Shown here: piece by piece, positions 11,401 to 22,354 of the stretch
How the letters are laid out: every line of letters starts with the position of its first letter
How positions within the stretch are numbered: the stretch's first letter is position 1
DNA from: a virus
Virus record (IMG/VR): IMGVR_UViG_3300022602_002120
Location: 64,001 to 128,000 of that record
Length of the DNA: 64,000 nucleotides
Direction: 5' to 3' (one strand)
Position numbers and translations under genes: made by a program
The notes under the pieces: generated by a model
What the model saw: the letters and a program-made list of their open reading frames with translations, nothing else
The model's database searches: none
What the model was told of the DNA's origin: nothing

Positions 11401-14400
11401 TGGTACCAAAAAATACTTGGTTAACAGTACCTGAGCAAAGTAAACAATATCAATTATTCAGTTATGTGTATAATGGAACCAATAATCCATTTGCAATTGA
11501 TATTGCTCCAGCAAGCGGTGAACAAAGTATTCCGTATGTTAAAGTTTTCCGAAACTTTGCTTATGTGACTCCGTCTAATTGGTCATTGGCAAATAACGCC
11601 GTTACTATATCGTCTACACTGTCTACTAATGATCAAATTGATATTTTAGTATATAGCGATGAAGTTAGTAAAACAGCATTTTACCAAGTACCACAAAATC
11701 TAGACTTAAATGCGCAAAACGTTGACATCGATATGTTGACCCTAGGCCAATTGCGTAATCACCTAGTAGGACTGGCACAGAACAGTACTATCGTTACTGG
11801 TGATGTATTAGCACAAAGTAATCTACGTGATGTTGATATTAAACAGCAAGGAGGTACTATTCTTAAACATAGTGCTCCTACTCCTTATGCTAGTTTATTC
11901 TTAATTGACGACCAAGCTAACTTTATCAACAGTGTTCGCTATGCTCAACAAGAATATACTAAATTTAAAAACAAGTTCTTAGAATTAAGTATAAGTCTTG
12001 AAGGTATCGATCCTACAGATCCAGTGACTAGTGTTGATACAATTTTAACAAAAATAAATCAAGTTAAAAATAAATCATTCCCTTGGTACTATAGTGATAT
12101 GGTACCTTACGGTCCACTAAAAAATATTGTAGGCCAAATTGGCAATGTTGATGGATTTGAAATATTTGATCCATTAAAAACTAATTATGAAATTACAGCT
12201 ATTTTTAACGATACACAATTAAGCAATCAAGCTGTACTAGTTTATCAAAATAATCAACAGTTAGTCAACGGAGTAGATTATAGTTTTAGTACAGATACTC
12301 CGAGTATTAATTTTAATGTAACATTAAATGTTGGCGACATTATTAAGATTGTTGAATATAGCAATACTGATGGTAATTATATACCAGAGACTCCTACTAA
12401 ACTAGGTTTATGGCCAAGCTATATTCCAGAAATATTTTTAGATGACACATATAGAACACCAACTACAGTTATCCGTGGACACGATGGTAGTGTTACACCT
12501 AGCTTCGGTGACTACCGTGATCAATTCTTATTAGAATTGGAACTACGTATCTATAATAATATCAAGTTACCTGCAAATACAACATTCAGCGATATTTTTG
12601 CTGTAATACCGGGTAAATTTAGATCAAGTGATTATACTCTGGCTGAACTAGATCAAATTCTGAGTAAGAGTTTCTTAACTTGGATAGGCAATAACAAACT
12701 TGACTATAGTACAAACAATACATTTAATTCCAATGATCCATTTACATGGAACTATGCGACAAGTCATGATCGTATCAGCAATGAATTACTACCAGGTAGT
12801 TGGCGTGCCTGTTACCAATATTTCTATGACACATATCGTCCACATCTAACACCATGGGAAATGCTGGGCTTTACAAGTATGCCAAATTGGTGGGAAGGTT
12901 TCTATGGTCCGGCACCATACACTGGTGGTAATACTGTTCTATGGGATGACTTAGAAGCAGGAAATATTCGTTATGGTGCTCGTCAAGGAATTGACCTACA
13001 CTATGCTCGCCCCGGACTATCATCAGTAATTCCTGTGGATGCTAACGGCAATTTACTAAGCCCGGCACAAATACTTTGCCAAACATTTAATAGTAAACGT
13101 TCTGGTGCAGCATGGGCGGTAGGACAACAAGGTCCTGTAGAATTTGCTTGGCGTATGAGTAGTGACTTCCCTTATGCTGTTCAGCAGGCATTGGCATTAG
13201 CAAAACCAGCTAAGTATTTTGGTACACTAATCGATGTAACCACATACTCTCCACTAAATGCCTTGTATACATATACAACTAGTTTAGAAGGTATTACCAC
13301 AGAAGTTACACAATATCTAGAAGCTACTACAAATCAACCAATAACACAATCGGCTATTGATTTTAATGGTGATACTACATCAGGTACTACCTATCGTGGT
13401 GCTGGGTATATTAACTGGATTGCCAATTATTTAATCAATCAAGGTGTAACTCCTTCTACATATTTGTTGTCTTTAATACAAGATTTCCAAGTCAATTTAA
13501 CTTACAAAGTAAGTGGTTTTACTGATCAAAATTATCTAGAAGTCCTTGCTGAACAAGTTAGTCCAACAAGTACTAACGATAGCATTCTTATACCTAACGA
13601 AAATTACACAGTATACCTAAATGAGAAACCTGTACCTATAGATGAAATTGTTTACAGTGCGGTGATCATTGAAAAAACAACCAACGGCTACACAGTTCGT
13701 GGCTACGACCTGTTTAATAGTTACTTTACAATTATTCCTAGTGTTGTGAATAACAATGCTAGTCAGATTAAAGTATTAAACAGTACCGCAACAATCTACA
13801 AAGACTATCAAAATGTACTAATGAATGTGCCGTACGGTTACGAATTTACTACACAACAACAAGTAGTTGACTTTATGATCAGCTATGAACGTTATCTAAT
13901 GTCACAGGGTTGGACATTCACTGATGTAGATCCTCAACTAAGTGAAATTAAAGATTGGAGATTGAGCAGTAAAGAATTCTTATACTGGGCACAACAAGGT
14001 TGGAAACCGGGCAGTATTTTGGTAGTAAGTCCTGTTTCAAATAGCCTAAATGCTATTACCAGCGGTAGCATAACAGAAGGTATTGAAGACAGCCAATACG
14101 GTAGTCGTGTTGTTGACCAAAACTTTAACTTAGTTAAAAATAACAAATATACTGTATACAGAACACCTACAGAATTCAATGTACAACTACAGGATCCTGC
14201 TAGTGTTATTGGTTATGTAAAAGTATCATTGGTTCAGTATGAACACTCATTGATATTTGATAATACCACAGTGTTTAATGATGTTATCTATCAACCAGAA
14301 AGCGGTAACCGTCAATTCCGTTTAAAACTAATCGGCCAACGCACAGCTAACTGGAATGGTAGTTTGAGTCCAGAAGGGTTTATATATAACAATGGTCAAG

Positions 14401-17400
14401 TGTCTGATTGGTATCAAGGTAAAGACTACTTACAAGGGGATCTTGTACAATACAAGAGCCAATACTATACAGCCTTGCAAGATGTACCTGCGAATACTAC
14501 ATTCCAGTTCCAATATTGGCAAGTATTGAGCTCAAATGAAATACAAAAAGGCCTATTACCTAATTTTAGCACACTTGCTGTAGAAAGTCAAGGATATTAT
14601 GATAGCTACGCTGCAATACGTAACAAAAGCCAATTGGCTTACAGTCACGCTCTTATTGGCTTTAGAGAACGTCAATATCTTGCTGATCTAGGTCTAACAG
14701 AAACTAGTCAAATTGAATTCTACAAAGGTTATATTGCACAAAAAGGTACTAAAAATGCGGTAGATGCGTTTACTAAAGCAACTATCAATAACATCACAAG
14801 TAATATTGCTCTTTACGAAGAATGGGCGGTGCGTGTTGGCGAGTATGGCGCATTGACTAGTAACCCATTTGTAGAAATTCCGTTAGATGAAAAAGCATTT
14901 GGCGTAAACCCGAGTGTAGCAAGTTTTGTAGATACAGCAGATAATAACCTAGCTGATGGAATTACAACATTCAATGATACACAGTTGTTTAAATCATACG
15001 GTGCATATTCTGCCAACGTAGCATTAAATAGAACCAGTGATAGCGATTATGACAATGACATTCCTACAGCAGGTTATGTAAACATTGACGATATTGATTT
15101 ACAAATCTTTGATCTGACTAACTATGTTGATCTAGACAATAATATTGCTGATATGGGTAGTGGTTATCTTATTTGGGTAGCTAAAGACTTTACACAAAAT
15201 TGGAATGTATACCGTGTAACTGAGACCAATAATCTAATTACCGCTGTAACAAACAGCCTAAATGGATATATCACTTATACTACTGAAAAACCGCATGGAT
15301 TTGTCAAATATGACATATTCTTGGTTAAGAATTTTGATTCATTGTTTGATGGATTCTATCAAGTATTACAAGTAAACGGAGCATCAACAGTATTAGTAAA
15401 ATATGCTGGATCGATTACAGATATTGCAAACCTAACTACTAAAACTGGTAGTGGTTTATTATTCCGCATGGACAGTATGCGTTTCCCATACATGGAAAAT
15501 AGCCGTATCTATGCGCTAACAAGCCCGCCAAATGGTTGGAAAGTAGGCGATAAGATTTGGATCGACAATGATGCTGCAACTACACCTGTGCAAGGTCAGC
15601 CATTTGGCACGCAACCTAGCGGAACATGGAAAGTATATGAAAAACAACATCCGTGGACACTAGAACAAGAAGTTAAAAAAGGCCTAAGCGAATACGCTAA
15701 TACTGATGCATTTGGTTCTAGTGTTAAAATGTCGGCTGATGGATTGATCATTGTTAGTGGTGCGCCAGGACACAATTCAGGTCAAGGCCAAGTAAGTACA
15801 TTCCTACGTGATTATAGCGGTAACTTCAATGAAGCACTAACATTAAATCCTCTAGGATCTAATACATCAGGATTTGGTTATGCTGTAGATATTGCAACAA
15901 CTCCAATTGGTGATTCTTCTATTGCTGTTGGTGCTCCTACTAGTTGGTCTGGAAATGGATTAGTTTATGTATATAATAAACTGTTAAACAGTTACTCGAT
16001 TGATGTTAGTCAAATTATTTCAGGCAACGTAGCAGGTGATCAATTTGGTACAAGCATAGCGTTTAACCAAGACGGTGAATGGATGTATGTAGGTGCACCT
16101 GGTAATAATTCAGTATATGCTTACGGTTTAAAACGTTATGTTCAAACACAACGCCAAATTACCAGTGTTAACAATAAAAATACCATGTACCTAAGTGGTG
16201 CTGTTACAGCCCTGCCGGGCGATGTTATTATTCAATCTAACACAGGTGCAAGAGCAACTGTGGTTAGTGTAACATCTAGCTCAGAAATTGTTGTAAGTAG
16301 TCTTACAAACTTTGTTGCGGCATCTTTGGGTACTAGTGGTAATGTAATACTAGGCAACTTAACTGTACTTGCTAACCTTAGTGTTTTAAGTAGTGGTAAT
16401 TTAACAGCTTATACAGTATATCCATTTAACTTTGCAAGTAATGCCGTGACTAATAGTATTAATATTACAGCATTTACTCCTGATGCTACTGTGGGCGGTG
16501 ATGCTAACAGTTTATCAATTACCAGTGTAAGTAACACTTATATTCCTAATGTAGATTATACATTTGACTATGCTAATTTACGAGTTAACTTTACAGCTAA
16601 TATTTCAGCGTCATCAATTACAATTACTCAACGCCCTTACTATGCTCTAGTACAAAAATTAAACACATCTAATACATGGGCACGATTTGGTTACGCTGTA
16701 GCATCTAGCTTCGATGGCGCACAAGTTGCTGTAGGTGCCCCTGGGGATACAGTAGCAGATGCTAACGGAGTGTTACAATCTGGCGCAGGTTCTGTGTTTG
16801 TATATGATCGTGTGATTGAAGCATTTAATTCAGTTACTGATGCGGTTCCTGGTACAGGCGGCCAAGATTATCAAACAGAAAATCCTATTGCTAATGTACA
16901 CAAAGTTACAGTTGATGATATTGAAACAACCGCCTATACTGTAGTCGGTACTAATAAAATTAGATTTACAAACCCACCAGACGTTGGCCATGTAATATTT
17001 GTTGAAGTTAATACATTTAACGTGCTAGAACAATTAATTGGTGTTAACAGTCTACAAGGTGGTTTGCAAGCTATCCAAGCTAATGCACAATTCGGTACCA
17101 CACTAACTATCTGTTCAAACAACTGTGCGATTTATGTAGGTGCTCCTTACTGGAACAACGGCACTGAATATAACAGTGGTGCTGTATGGAAATTCCATAA
17201 TCGTGGCAGACTATACGGTACTAACACTGGTTATCATTTAAACCCAGTATTTACTAAAGGTGATACAATACGTCTGAACAACTTCGAAATCACAGCCGCT
17301 AATATTAGTACACCAAGTTCTAGTGTAGTGTCATTAAATGACCTAGTTACAAACATTAACAATGCCAAGATCTTAGGTGTTACGGCTGTAAATCAAAATG

Positions 17401-20400
17401 GTTATTTAAGATTAAATTCAGATGTTACTATTGTTAAAGATCAATTGCGCATTTTATCGGGTATACGTCAAACAGGTAGTGCTGGTATCTACTCAGCAGC
17501 TGACTTACGTGTATTTGCATACATGCAGATTATTGTTAACCCATATGGTCAAGCTGGTGAATATTTTGGTAGTAAGATTAAACTGGCTAGCAACGCATAT
17601 ATGCTAGTAATTGGCAGCGGGCGAGGAACTACTAAGGAATTTACAACCTTTGACGTAAACACCACAACGAAGGGAACAATATTTGACACAGCAACTACTC
17701 GTTTACATGACCCTATACCAGGTAGTGGTAGCGTTTATATTTACGAACTATACGATGATCCACGTAATGCTGTAGAGCATCCGGGACGCTATAGTTTCTG
17801 CCAACAACTAGATCCAGGTACACTAGTGCCAGGTGCAGAGTTTGGATATGCCCTAGATATCGAAGGCACATATATTACTATTTCAGCACCGGGTGCAACT
17901 GTTACTGGGGCCGCAAATAACTCAGGCACAGTATATGTATTCCGTAATCCGACACTAGCACGTGGCTGGGGATTGATTAGATACCAACAACCTAAAGTTG
18001 ACTTAGATAGCGTATCACGTGCTTATCTATATAATAGTCAAACTAGCACAATTTTAGACAATTTAGAATTTATTGATCCAGCTAAAGGGCGTATCCTAGG
18101 TCAAGCAGAAGAAAATATTTCATTTAAAACTGAATACGATCCTGCTGTGTACAACAATGGATTTAGCACCACAGCTGATATCAATACTAATGTATTCTGG
18201 GGCGCCGACCAAGTAGGCAAACTATGGTGGGATCTAAGCACTGTTCGCTTTGTTGATTATGAACAAGATACCTTGACATATCGTAGTCTACATTGGGGAG
18301 AATTATTTGCAGGTAGCTCAATTAATGTCTATGAGTGGATTGAAAGTTCAGTACCACCAAGCCAATACATTAACACATATGGCTCTGCCCACGGCACTCC
18401 TAAAAATGCAGATGACAGTGCATACGTGGAAATAATTCGTGTAGATCAAACTACTGGCATCATCAGTAATGTTTACTATTTCTGGATATATGGTGATACA
18501 CACTTAGATGCAACATTATTAAATCGTTCACTACCTGTGCAAGCGGTTGCAGATTATATAGCTAACCCAGGATCACAGGGTATTGCTTATGCGGCAATGA
18601 TCAAGAGTGACGCTATTGCATTCTACAATGTTGCTGATTACCTAAGTGCCGATAATACAATCATGCACTTAGATCATCAGTTAGTAATTAACACTGATAT
18701 GATTCACAGTGAATATGAATTGTTACAAAAAGGTAATCCCAATGATCCTATTCCAACTAAACTGGTTAATAAATTAATTGACAGTCTAGCTGGTATTGAT
18801 CAACAAGGATCTACAGTTCCGGATCCAGCACTAAGTTTAGCTGATCGTTACGGTATTGATATTCGTCCACGTCAAAGTATGTTTGTTGATAGATTGGCCG
18901 CTGTTAATCAGTTAGTAGAATTTGTTAACAGTATATTTGCTGCTAATCCTATAGCTGAGCAATTTAGTCTAGGAGATTTAAATGCTCAAGAAGCAGAACC
19001 TAGCTTTAAACGCGGCGAATATAATCAAGCGGTAGCAACAGAAGTTGAATTGTCATACATTGATACGACAGCACTTGCTCCTGGATATCTAGTGCTGGTC
19101 CACAGCGATACTACACAAGATGGACTATGGGTATTGTATAGTCTAACCGCAGATAAAACATGGTTAATTGAACGAGTACAAAGTTACAAGACTAGTATCT
19201 ACTGGAACTATGCTGATTGGTATGCTAGCGGATATAGTGCAACAACTAGACCAGACTTTAGTGTAGAAACTACAGTTGATGCTCTTGCATTACAAGCGGC
19301 AGCAGGTATTGTAATTTATATTAAAAATGCCACAGGTAACAATACATGGCAATTAGTTGTAGCTAATAGTGACGGTACATTAAGTGTAGTAGGTATCCAA
19401 AATGGTACACTACAACTAGATACTACATTAGGTGATTATGTAGATAACGGCTTAGGATTTGGTAATCAAGACTTTGACAGTAATCGTTATGATCAAAACC
19501 CTAACAATGAACTACGTGCTATTGTAACAGCCTTATATAACGATATCTTTAAAAATACCCTACAAGGTGAATTTAACAATTTATTCTTTGTATTAATCAA
19601 CTACTTATTAACAGAACAAGTGTATGTAGATTGGCTATTTAAATCTAGTTTCATTAGTATTACACATCAATTGCGTACACTAAGTCAATTCCCAAGTTAC
19701 GTTGTTGACAATCAAACATATTATCAAGACTATATTGATGAAGTTAAACCATATCGTACTAAGATTCGTGAATATTTATTGAACTACACAGGCGATGATA
19801 CATTTGGTGGTGATATTACTGACTTTGATTTGCCTGCTTACTATGATACTACAGGTACTACACCAATATTCCGTAGTCCAAGCGGCGAAGCACCTTATAC
19901 TAATGCAGATTCAAACCTATGGACATCATGGCCGTATAACCAATGGTACAATAACCGTGCTCTTGTACTTGATAGCATCAGAATTGAAAATGCTGGCACA
20001 GGATATATTCTACCTCCAGTGGTTACTATTACCAGTATAGATGGCAATGGCAACGGTGCAGCAGCCACGGCAACTATAAATGGTAGCACAGGTAGTATTA
20101 CAGCAATTACAGTTACTAACAGTGGACAAGGATATACAGCAACACCAACAGTGACAATAAATGGTGCTGTAGTCGGAAACATCACAGTTATTGGTGGTAA
20201 TGCTAACTTAACATCATTAACTTATACTGTAAATTCAACTGCTGGTTTGTTCATGGGTATGAGTGCAAATGCTGTGTTTGCATCAGACACTGTAATTATA
20301 GCTGTCGATGCTGCGAATAGTCAAATTACTATGTCGTCGGCTAACATTACCACATTTACAAGCAATGCAATTAGCTTTGGCTACGCAGGTATTAACTCGG

Positions 20401-22172
20401 GTACCCAGGCAAAAGCCTATGCTGTAATGAAGAATCCGGTAGTGCGCTCATTTGATAGTACTCTTAAATTTGACCGTACTACATATACCAGCAATGTTAA
20501 AGTATGGTCAGCTAACACTACCTACACACAAACTAGTTTTGATGCCAACGGTCGTGTAACCAGTGGCGATATTATTACATACGCAATGCAAGATGGTAAT
20601 GTAATGATACGTAAAGCATACTTTGTAAATGCAAACATTACTACTACATCGCAATTTATACCTAGTGATTATACAGTATGTCCAACTAGTTACTTTAGTA
20701 ATGCCAATGATCGTATTGTTGGTTATTATGAACCTGCTAATACTATGCCAGTAGTAGACAGCGTACAAACCGCGGTAACTGTAGCTAATGCAGCTTCAAA
20801 TACTAATACTATCTATGTCTACAATTCTGCTAGTCTTACCAAGAATATGTATATTAGCGAAAGCGGTGTTACATCAGGTTATGTAACAGGCATATTAGGT
20901 AATATTACCTTACAGGTTAATAGTTTAGGTCACTTCTATGGTAATCTACGTAATGGTAGTACAGCAATTGAAAACATCAGTAACATGTCTAATCTACAAG
21001 TTGGTCAATATGTAACTGGTGCTAATATTGGGTTTGATGCTACTATCGTCAGCATCAACTATACTACAAATAGTGTTAATTTAACTGACACAATCAACGG
21101 CAATGTTACATTGGCTAATATTAGCTTTGGTGGCATTCCAATCAAAGTAAGTCAAGTTACTCTAACCACTAATGTAACATTGGCTACTGATACAACAATC
21201 TATGCTCGTTACGACAGCTTAGAGCAACTAATACCAGGTGTAACATATCCAGGTGCATTAACGCAAGGTGCATCATTCAAATTAAGTCCGCTATTTGGTC
21301 GTAACTATGATATTGCAGCATTCGATCCAGTACAATTTAATAAAGATGGCGTTGGTTTACTATCAATCAATACTTATGATCAAGTGTTGACCAGTGACTT
21401 CACTGACCTTGCGCTAGGCACACGACCAGAAGATATTACCACTTCGGGTGGCGAGTTTGTTGATACATATCACAGTCATGCTCCAGAAGAGTTGATCCCT
21501 GGTATTACATTTGACACATTAGACATGCGTGTTTACACTAGAATTAATGGTGGTAATGGCATTATTGCTTATCGTATTTTTGATAATATGATCAATAAAC
21601 CAGCATACTTGAAAATTTCAACAGCTAATACAACATCACTGGCAACTAGTTTAAGTATTACAGATGCTAATATCTATGTTGCTGATGCTACTAGACTAAC
21701 TGATCCTAGCCCACTGTATGCTGTTCCTGGTATAGTGTTTATCAATGGCGAACGTATTACATACTACCAAAAAACAATATACACCCCTGTAGCATGGTCA
21801 GCAAATACAGTTTATGCCAACGGTACAGCAATTAGTCATGCAGGTAATAACTATATTGTTACTGGTAATGTTGATGCTACAACCTGGACAAATGTAAACT
21901 CAGCTAATATTTCATACCTACCAGGCACAAATGTATTAAGTCAACTACGTCGAGGCACACAAGGTACAGGGGCAAATGTATTGTACCCGGTCGGTACTAG
22001 TGTAGTAGATGCTAGTGCTAGTCAAGAATTGCCTAATACAAGTTACGGTACACTAATGAACTACGCTAACGTTCTATATAATCCAGGCATAGGTATAGCC
22101 ACAGATGGTAAAGGATTAGCTGCATCAACAACAGCTGCTGCACAGTTCATGAAAGCATGGCCAATACTGTAG
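8469..22172 (+). CDS. Giant (4567 aa) baseplate/tail structural protein with FG-GAP beta-propeller and CBM5/12-like motifs
   Basis: Uninterrupted ORF after the gp6-like gene. It has seven FG..GAP-type repeats and WYQGKDYLQGDLVQYKSQYY and WSANTVYANG motifs. Confidence 0.7.
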   Translation: MATRKTYKFLPTVFQSDTNKKFLAATMDQLVTEPNLETLYGYIGRKFAPTYRSGDSYVIENNTTRQDYQLEPAVVIRNNQNDVTFVADYVDLLDKIGYYGGLTNDHSRLFQQEYYSFDPKISFDKLINFSQYYWIPNGPDPVGVSTTGVQLTETYTVTRDAANGRYVYTTNGVVDNSITLARGGSYQFVVDQPGVPFWIQTETGIDGVISATPTLSSRNIYGVTNNGTDVGTITFNVPQITGQDRWVNMQTVFNADYATPIPYTQLSNKTLSQFLAAYPQYGGITGQLNGKYTIFVDVSSWSNVGEAAWTNPTVVDDDGDVIPGYDAGIVIPNAQRYNVWRVVYVDLGQKLRLDTPIAADVAAGSSLTVGGNVTVLSYDAVAGQQYVYIPSSVDVPANATVKRTDVVTSLSATQSGTNYITVTSTVGLEAKMPVVFVGNPATGGIVSGTTYYISQVIDQRTFTISATSGGSVFALTTDTGIMAVTASYTEILPSTMVVSISKGDPLLKLVHTQTVNVNEQVYIKIGLVNANKKFYKDYDGFFYESPLITAPISQLWIQDGSLAEIYSPIKLVDYSGWTIDVENDIIGQQNYTSPNGVEFTTGLKVQFGDDVTPAYYQNSQFYVEQVGDQNEGIQLVKVDELVTPELYNDEIAINYPGEYFPDYITINRASKDRNAWSRNNRWFHIDVITATAAYNGTVPTFSNGIRGQRPIVQFEVDLQLFNAGRIAKLPIDILDTTIQDAFTQLQGQSYTNVFGIDLFDSNGNPLYPNGLRVIFGADNDPLVKNKIYLLTLVQYSVDQFQQPTGTYYIQLTKADDGDVSAYDTTVVNLGIHKGSQWWYDGINWNSSQQKTYLQQPPLFDVLDSTIDLTTGNIVEGKSLSQYTRSTFVGTQIFGYNRVTTGTADIVLSRGPVAPILDANGNSITDFYLSYKNFATQGDINFQNFFNTDTFSYFNDAGKIITENVNVGYIQKILDNQTLVPKNTWLTVPEQSKQYQLFSYVYNGTNNPFAIDIAPASGEQSIPYVKVFRNFAYVTPSNWSLANNAVTISSTLSTNDQIDILVYSDEVSKTAFYQVPQNLDLNAQNVDIDMLTLGQLRNHLVGLAQNSTIVTGDVLAQSNLRDVDIKQQGGTILKHSAPTPYASLFLIDDQANFINSVRYAQQEYTKFKNKFLELSISLEGIDPTDPVTSVDTILTKINQVKNKSFPWYYSDMVPYGPLKNIVGQIGNVDGFEIFDPLKTNYEITAIFNDTQLSNQAVLVYQNNQQLVNGVDYSFSTDTPSINFNVTLNVGDIIKIVEYSNTDGNYIPETPTKLGLWPSYIPEIFLDDTYRTPTTVIRGHDGSVTPSFGDYRDQFLLELELRIYNNIKLPANTTFSDIFAVIPGKFRSSDYTLAELDQILSKSFLTWIGNNKLDYSTNNTFNSNDPFTWNYATSHDRISNELLPGSWRACYQYFYDTYRPHLTPWEMLGFTSMPNWWEGFYGPAPYTGGNTVLWDDLEAGNIRYGARQGIDLHYARPGLSSVIPVDANGNLLSPAQILCQTFNSKRSGAAWAVGQQGPVEFAWRMSSDFPYAVQQALALAKPAKYFGTLIDVTTYSPLNALYTYTTSLEGITTEVTQYLEATTNQPITQSAIDFNGDTTSGTTYRGAGYINWIANYLINQGVTPSTYLLSLIQDFQVNLTYKVSGFTDQNYLEVLAEQVSPTSTNDSILIPNENYTVYLNEKPVPIDEIVYSAVIIEKTTNGYTVRGYDLFNSYFTIIPSVVNNNASQIKVLNSTATIYKDYQNVLMNVPYGYEFTTQQQVVDFMISYERYLMSQGWTFTDVDPQLSEIKDWRLSSKEFLYWAQQGWKPGSILVVSPVSNSLNAITSGSITEGIEDSQYGSRVVDQNFNLVKNNKYTVYRTPTEFNVQLQDPASVIGYVKVSLVQYEHSLIFDNTTVFNDVIYQPESGNRQFRLKLIGQRTANWNGSLSPEGFIYNNGQVSDWYQGKDYLQGDLVQYKSQYYTALQDVPANTTFQFQYWQVLSSNEIQKGLLPNFSTLAVESQGYYDSYAAIRNKSQLAYSHALIGFRERQYLADLGLTETSQIEFYKGYIAQKGTKNAVDAFTKATINNITSNIALYEEWAVRVGEYGALTSNPFVEIPLDEKAFGVNPSVASFVDTADNNLADGITTFNDTQLFKSYGAYSANVALNRTSDSDYDNDIPTAGYVNIDDIDLQIFDLTNYVDLDNNIADMGSGYLIWVAKDFTQNWNVYRVTETNNLITAVTNSLNGYITYTTEKPHGFVKYDIFLVKNFDSLFDGFYQVLQVNGASTVLVKYAGSITDIANLTTKTGSGLLFRMDSMRFPYMENSRIYALTSPPNGWKVGDKIWIDNDAATTPVQGQPFGTQPSGTWKVYEKQHPWTLEQEVKKGLSEYANTDAFGSSVKMSADGLIIVSGAPGHNSGQGQVSTFLRDYSGNFNEALTLNPLGSNTSGFGYAVDIATTPIGDSSIAVGAPTSWSGNGLVYVYNKLLNSYSIDVSQIISGNVAGDQFGTSIAFNQDGEWMYVGAPGNNSVYAYGLKRYVQTQRQITSVNNKNTMYLSGAVTALPGDVIIQSNTGARATVVSVTSSSEIVVSSLTNFVAASLGTSGNVILGNLTVLANLSVLSSGNLTAYTVYPFNFASNAVTNSINITAFTPDATVGGDANSLSITSVSNTYIPNVDYTFDYANLRVNFTANISASSITITQRPYYALVQKLNTSNTWARFGYAVASSFDGAQVAVGAPGDTVADANGVLQSGAGSVFVYDRVIEAFNSVTDAVPGTGGQDYQTENPIANVHKVTVDDIETTAYTVVGTNKIRFTNPPDVGHVIFVEVNTFNVLEQLIGVNSLQGGLQAIQANAQFGTTLTICSNNCAIYVGAPYWNNGTEYNSGAVWKFHNRGRLYGTNTGYHLNPVFTKGDTIRLNNFEITAANISTPSSSVVSLNDLVTNINNAKILGVTAVNQNGYLRLNSDVTIVKDQLRILSGIRQTGSAGIYSAADLRVFAYMQIIVNPYGQAGEYFGSKIKLASNAYMLVIGSGRGTTKEFTTFDVNTTTKGTIFDTATTRLHDPIPGSGSVYIYELYDDPRNAVEHPGRYSFCQQLDPGTLVPGAEFGYALDIEGTYITISAPGATVTGAANNSGTVYVFRNPTLARGWGLIRYQQPKVDLDSVSRAYLYNSQTSTILDNLEFIDPAKGRILGQAEENISFKTEYDPAVYNNGFSTTADINTNVFWGADQVGKLWWDLSTVRFVDYEQDTLTYRSLHWGELFAGSSINVYEWIESSVPPSQYINTYGSAHGTPKNADDSAYVEIIRVDQTTGIISNVYYFWIYGDTHLDATLLNRSLPVQAVADYIANPGSQGIAYAAMIKSDAIAFYNVADYLSADNTIMHLDHQLVINTDMIHSEYELLQKGNPNDPIPTKLVNKLIDSLAGIDQQGSTVPDPALSLADRYGIDIRPRQSMFVDRLAAVNQLVEFVNSIFAANPIAEQFSLGDLNAQEAEPSFKRGEYNQAVATEVELSYIDTTALAPGYLVLVHSDTTQDGLWVLYSLTADKTWLIERVQSYKTSIYWNYADWYASGYSATTRPDFSVETTVDALALQAAAGIVIYIKNATGNNTWQLVVANSDGTLSVVGIQNGTLQLDTTLGDYVDNGLGFGNQDFDSNRYDQNPNNELRAIVTALYNDIFKNTLQGEFNNLFFVLINYLLTEQVYVDWLFKSSFISITHQLRTLSQFPSYVVDNQTYYQDYIDEVKPYRTKIREYLLNYTGDDTFGGDITDFDLPAYYDTTGTTPIFRSPSGEAPYTNADSNLWTSWPYNQWYNNRALVLDSIRIENAGTGYILPPVVTITSIDGNGNGAAATATINGSTGSITAITVTNSGQGYTATPTVTINGAVVGNITVIGGNANLTSLTYTVNSTAGLFMGMSANAVFASDTVIIAVDAANSQITMSSANITTFTSNAISFGYAGINSGTQAKAYAVMKNPVVRSFDSTLKFDRTTYTSNVKVWSANTTYTQTSFDANGRVTSGDIITYAMQDGNVMIRKAYFVNANITTTSQFIPSDYTVCPTSYFSNANDRIVGYYEPANTMPVVDSVQTAVTVANAASNTNTIYVYNSASLTKNMYISESGVTSGYVTGILGNITLQVNSLGHFYGNLRNGSTAIENISNMSNLQVGQYVTGANIGFDATIVSINYTTNSVNLTDTINGNVTLANISFGGIPIKVSQVTLTTNVTLATDTTIYARYDSLEQLIPGVTYPGALTQGASFKLSPLFGRNYDIAAFDPVQFNKDGVGLLSINTYDQVLTSDFTDLALGTRPEDITTSGGEFVDTYHSHAPEELIPGITFDTLDMRVYTRINGGNGIIAYRIFDNMINKPAYLKISTANTTSLATSLSITDANIYVADATRLTDPSPLYAVPGIVFINGERITYYQKTIYTPVAWSANTVYANGTAISHAGNNYIVTGNVDATTWTNVNSANISYLPGTNVLSQLRRGTQGTGANVLYPVGTSVVDASASQELPNTSYGTLMNYANVLYNPGIGIATDGKGLAASTTAAAQFMKAWPIL
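15700..17950 (+). repeat. Seven FG-GAP (integrin-alpha-type) protein repeats within the giant protein (coordinates approximate)
   Basis: AFGSSV..SGAPG, GFGYAV..VGAPT, QFGTSI..VGAPG, RFGYAV..VGAPG, QFGTTL..VGAPY, YFGSKI..IGSGR, EFGYAL..ISAPG. Confidence 0.8.
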
Positions 22173-22197
22173 TTTAATAGTTGTAGATTATGGATAA

Positions 22198-22205
22198 GAT
22201 AAATA
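22198..22205 (+). promoter_or_regulatory. GATAAATA late-promoter-like motif
   Basis: GATAAATA followed by 5 nt and the ATG at 22211. Confidence 0.5.
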
Positions 22206-22210
22206 AGAAT

Positions 22211-22351
22211 ATGGATGAAAATAAACAAGAACAACAAGTAAATCCGCAACCTCAAAAGCAACCTGATGAAAGGGGTGGAGTTTATGTTCAAGGATATATC
22301 AAAATATTTGACCCTGAGACTAAAGAAGAATTTGTAAATGGAAGAGCATAA
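22211..22351 (+). CDS. Small 46-aa protein, paralogous to the N-terminus of the next gene (not in the ORF track)
   Basis: Translates as MDENKQEQQVNPQPQKQPDERGGVYVQGYIKIFDPETKEEFVNGRA; an alternative ATG lies at 22190. Confidence 0.65.
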   Translation: MDENKQEQQVNPQPQKQPDERGGVYVQGYIKIFDPETKEEFVNGRA

Positions 22352-22354
22352 GAT

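Noticed and set aside
15700-17950. Horizontal transfer of a eukaryotic integrin
   Set aside because: FG-GAP repeats are widespread in bacterial and phage proteins, and no other integrin domains are evident.
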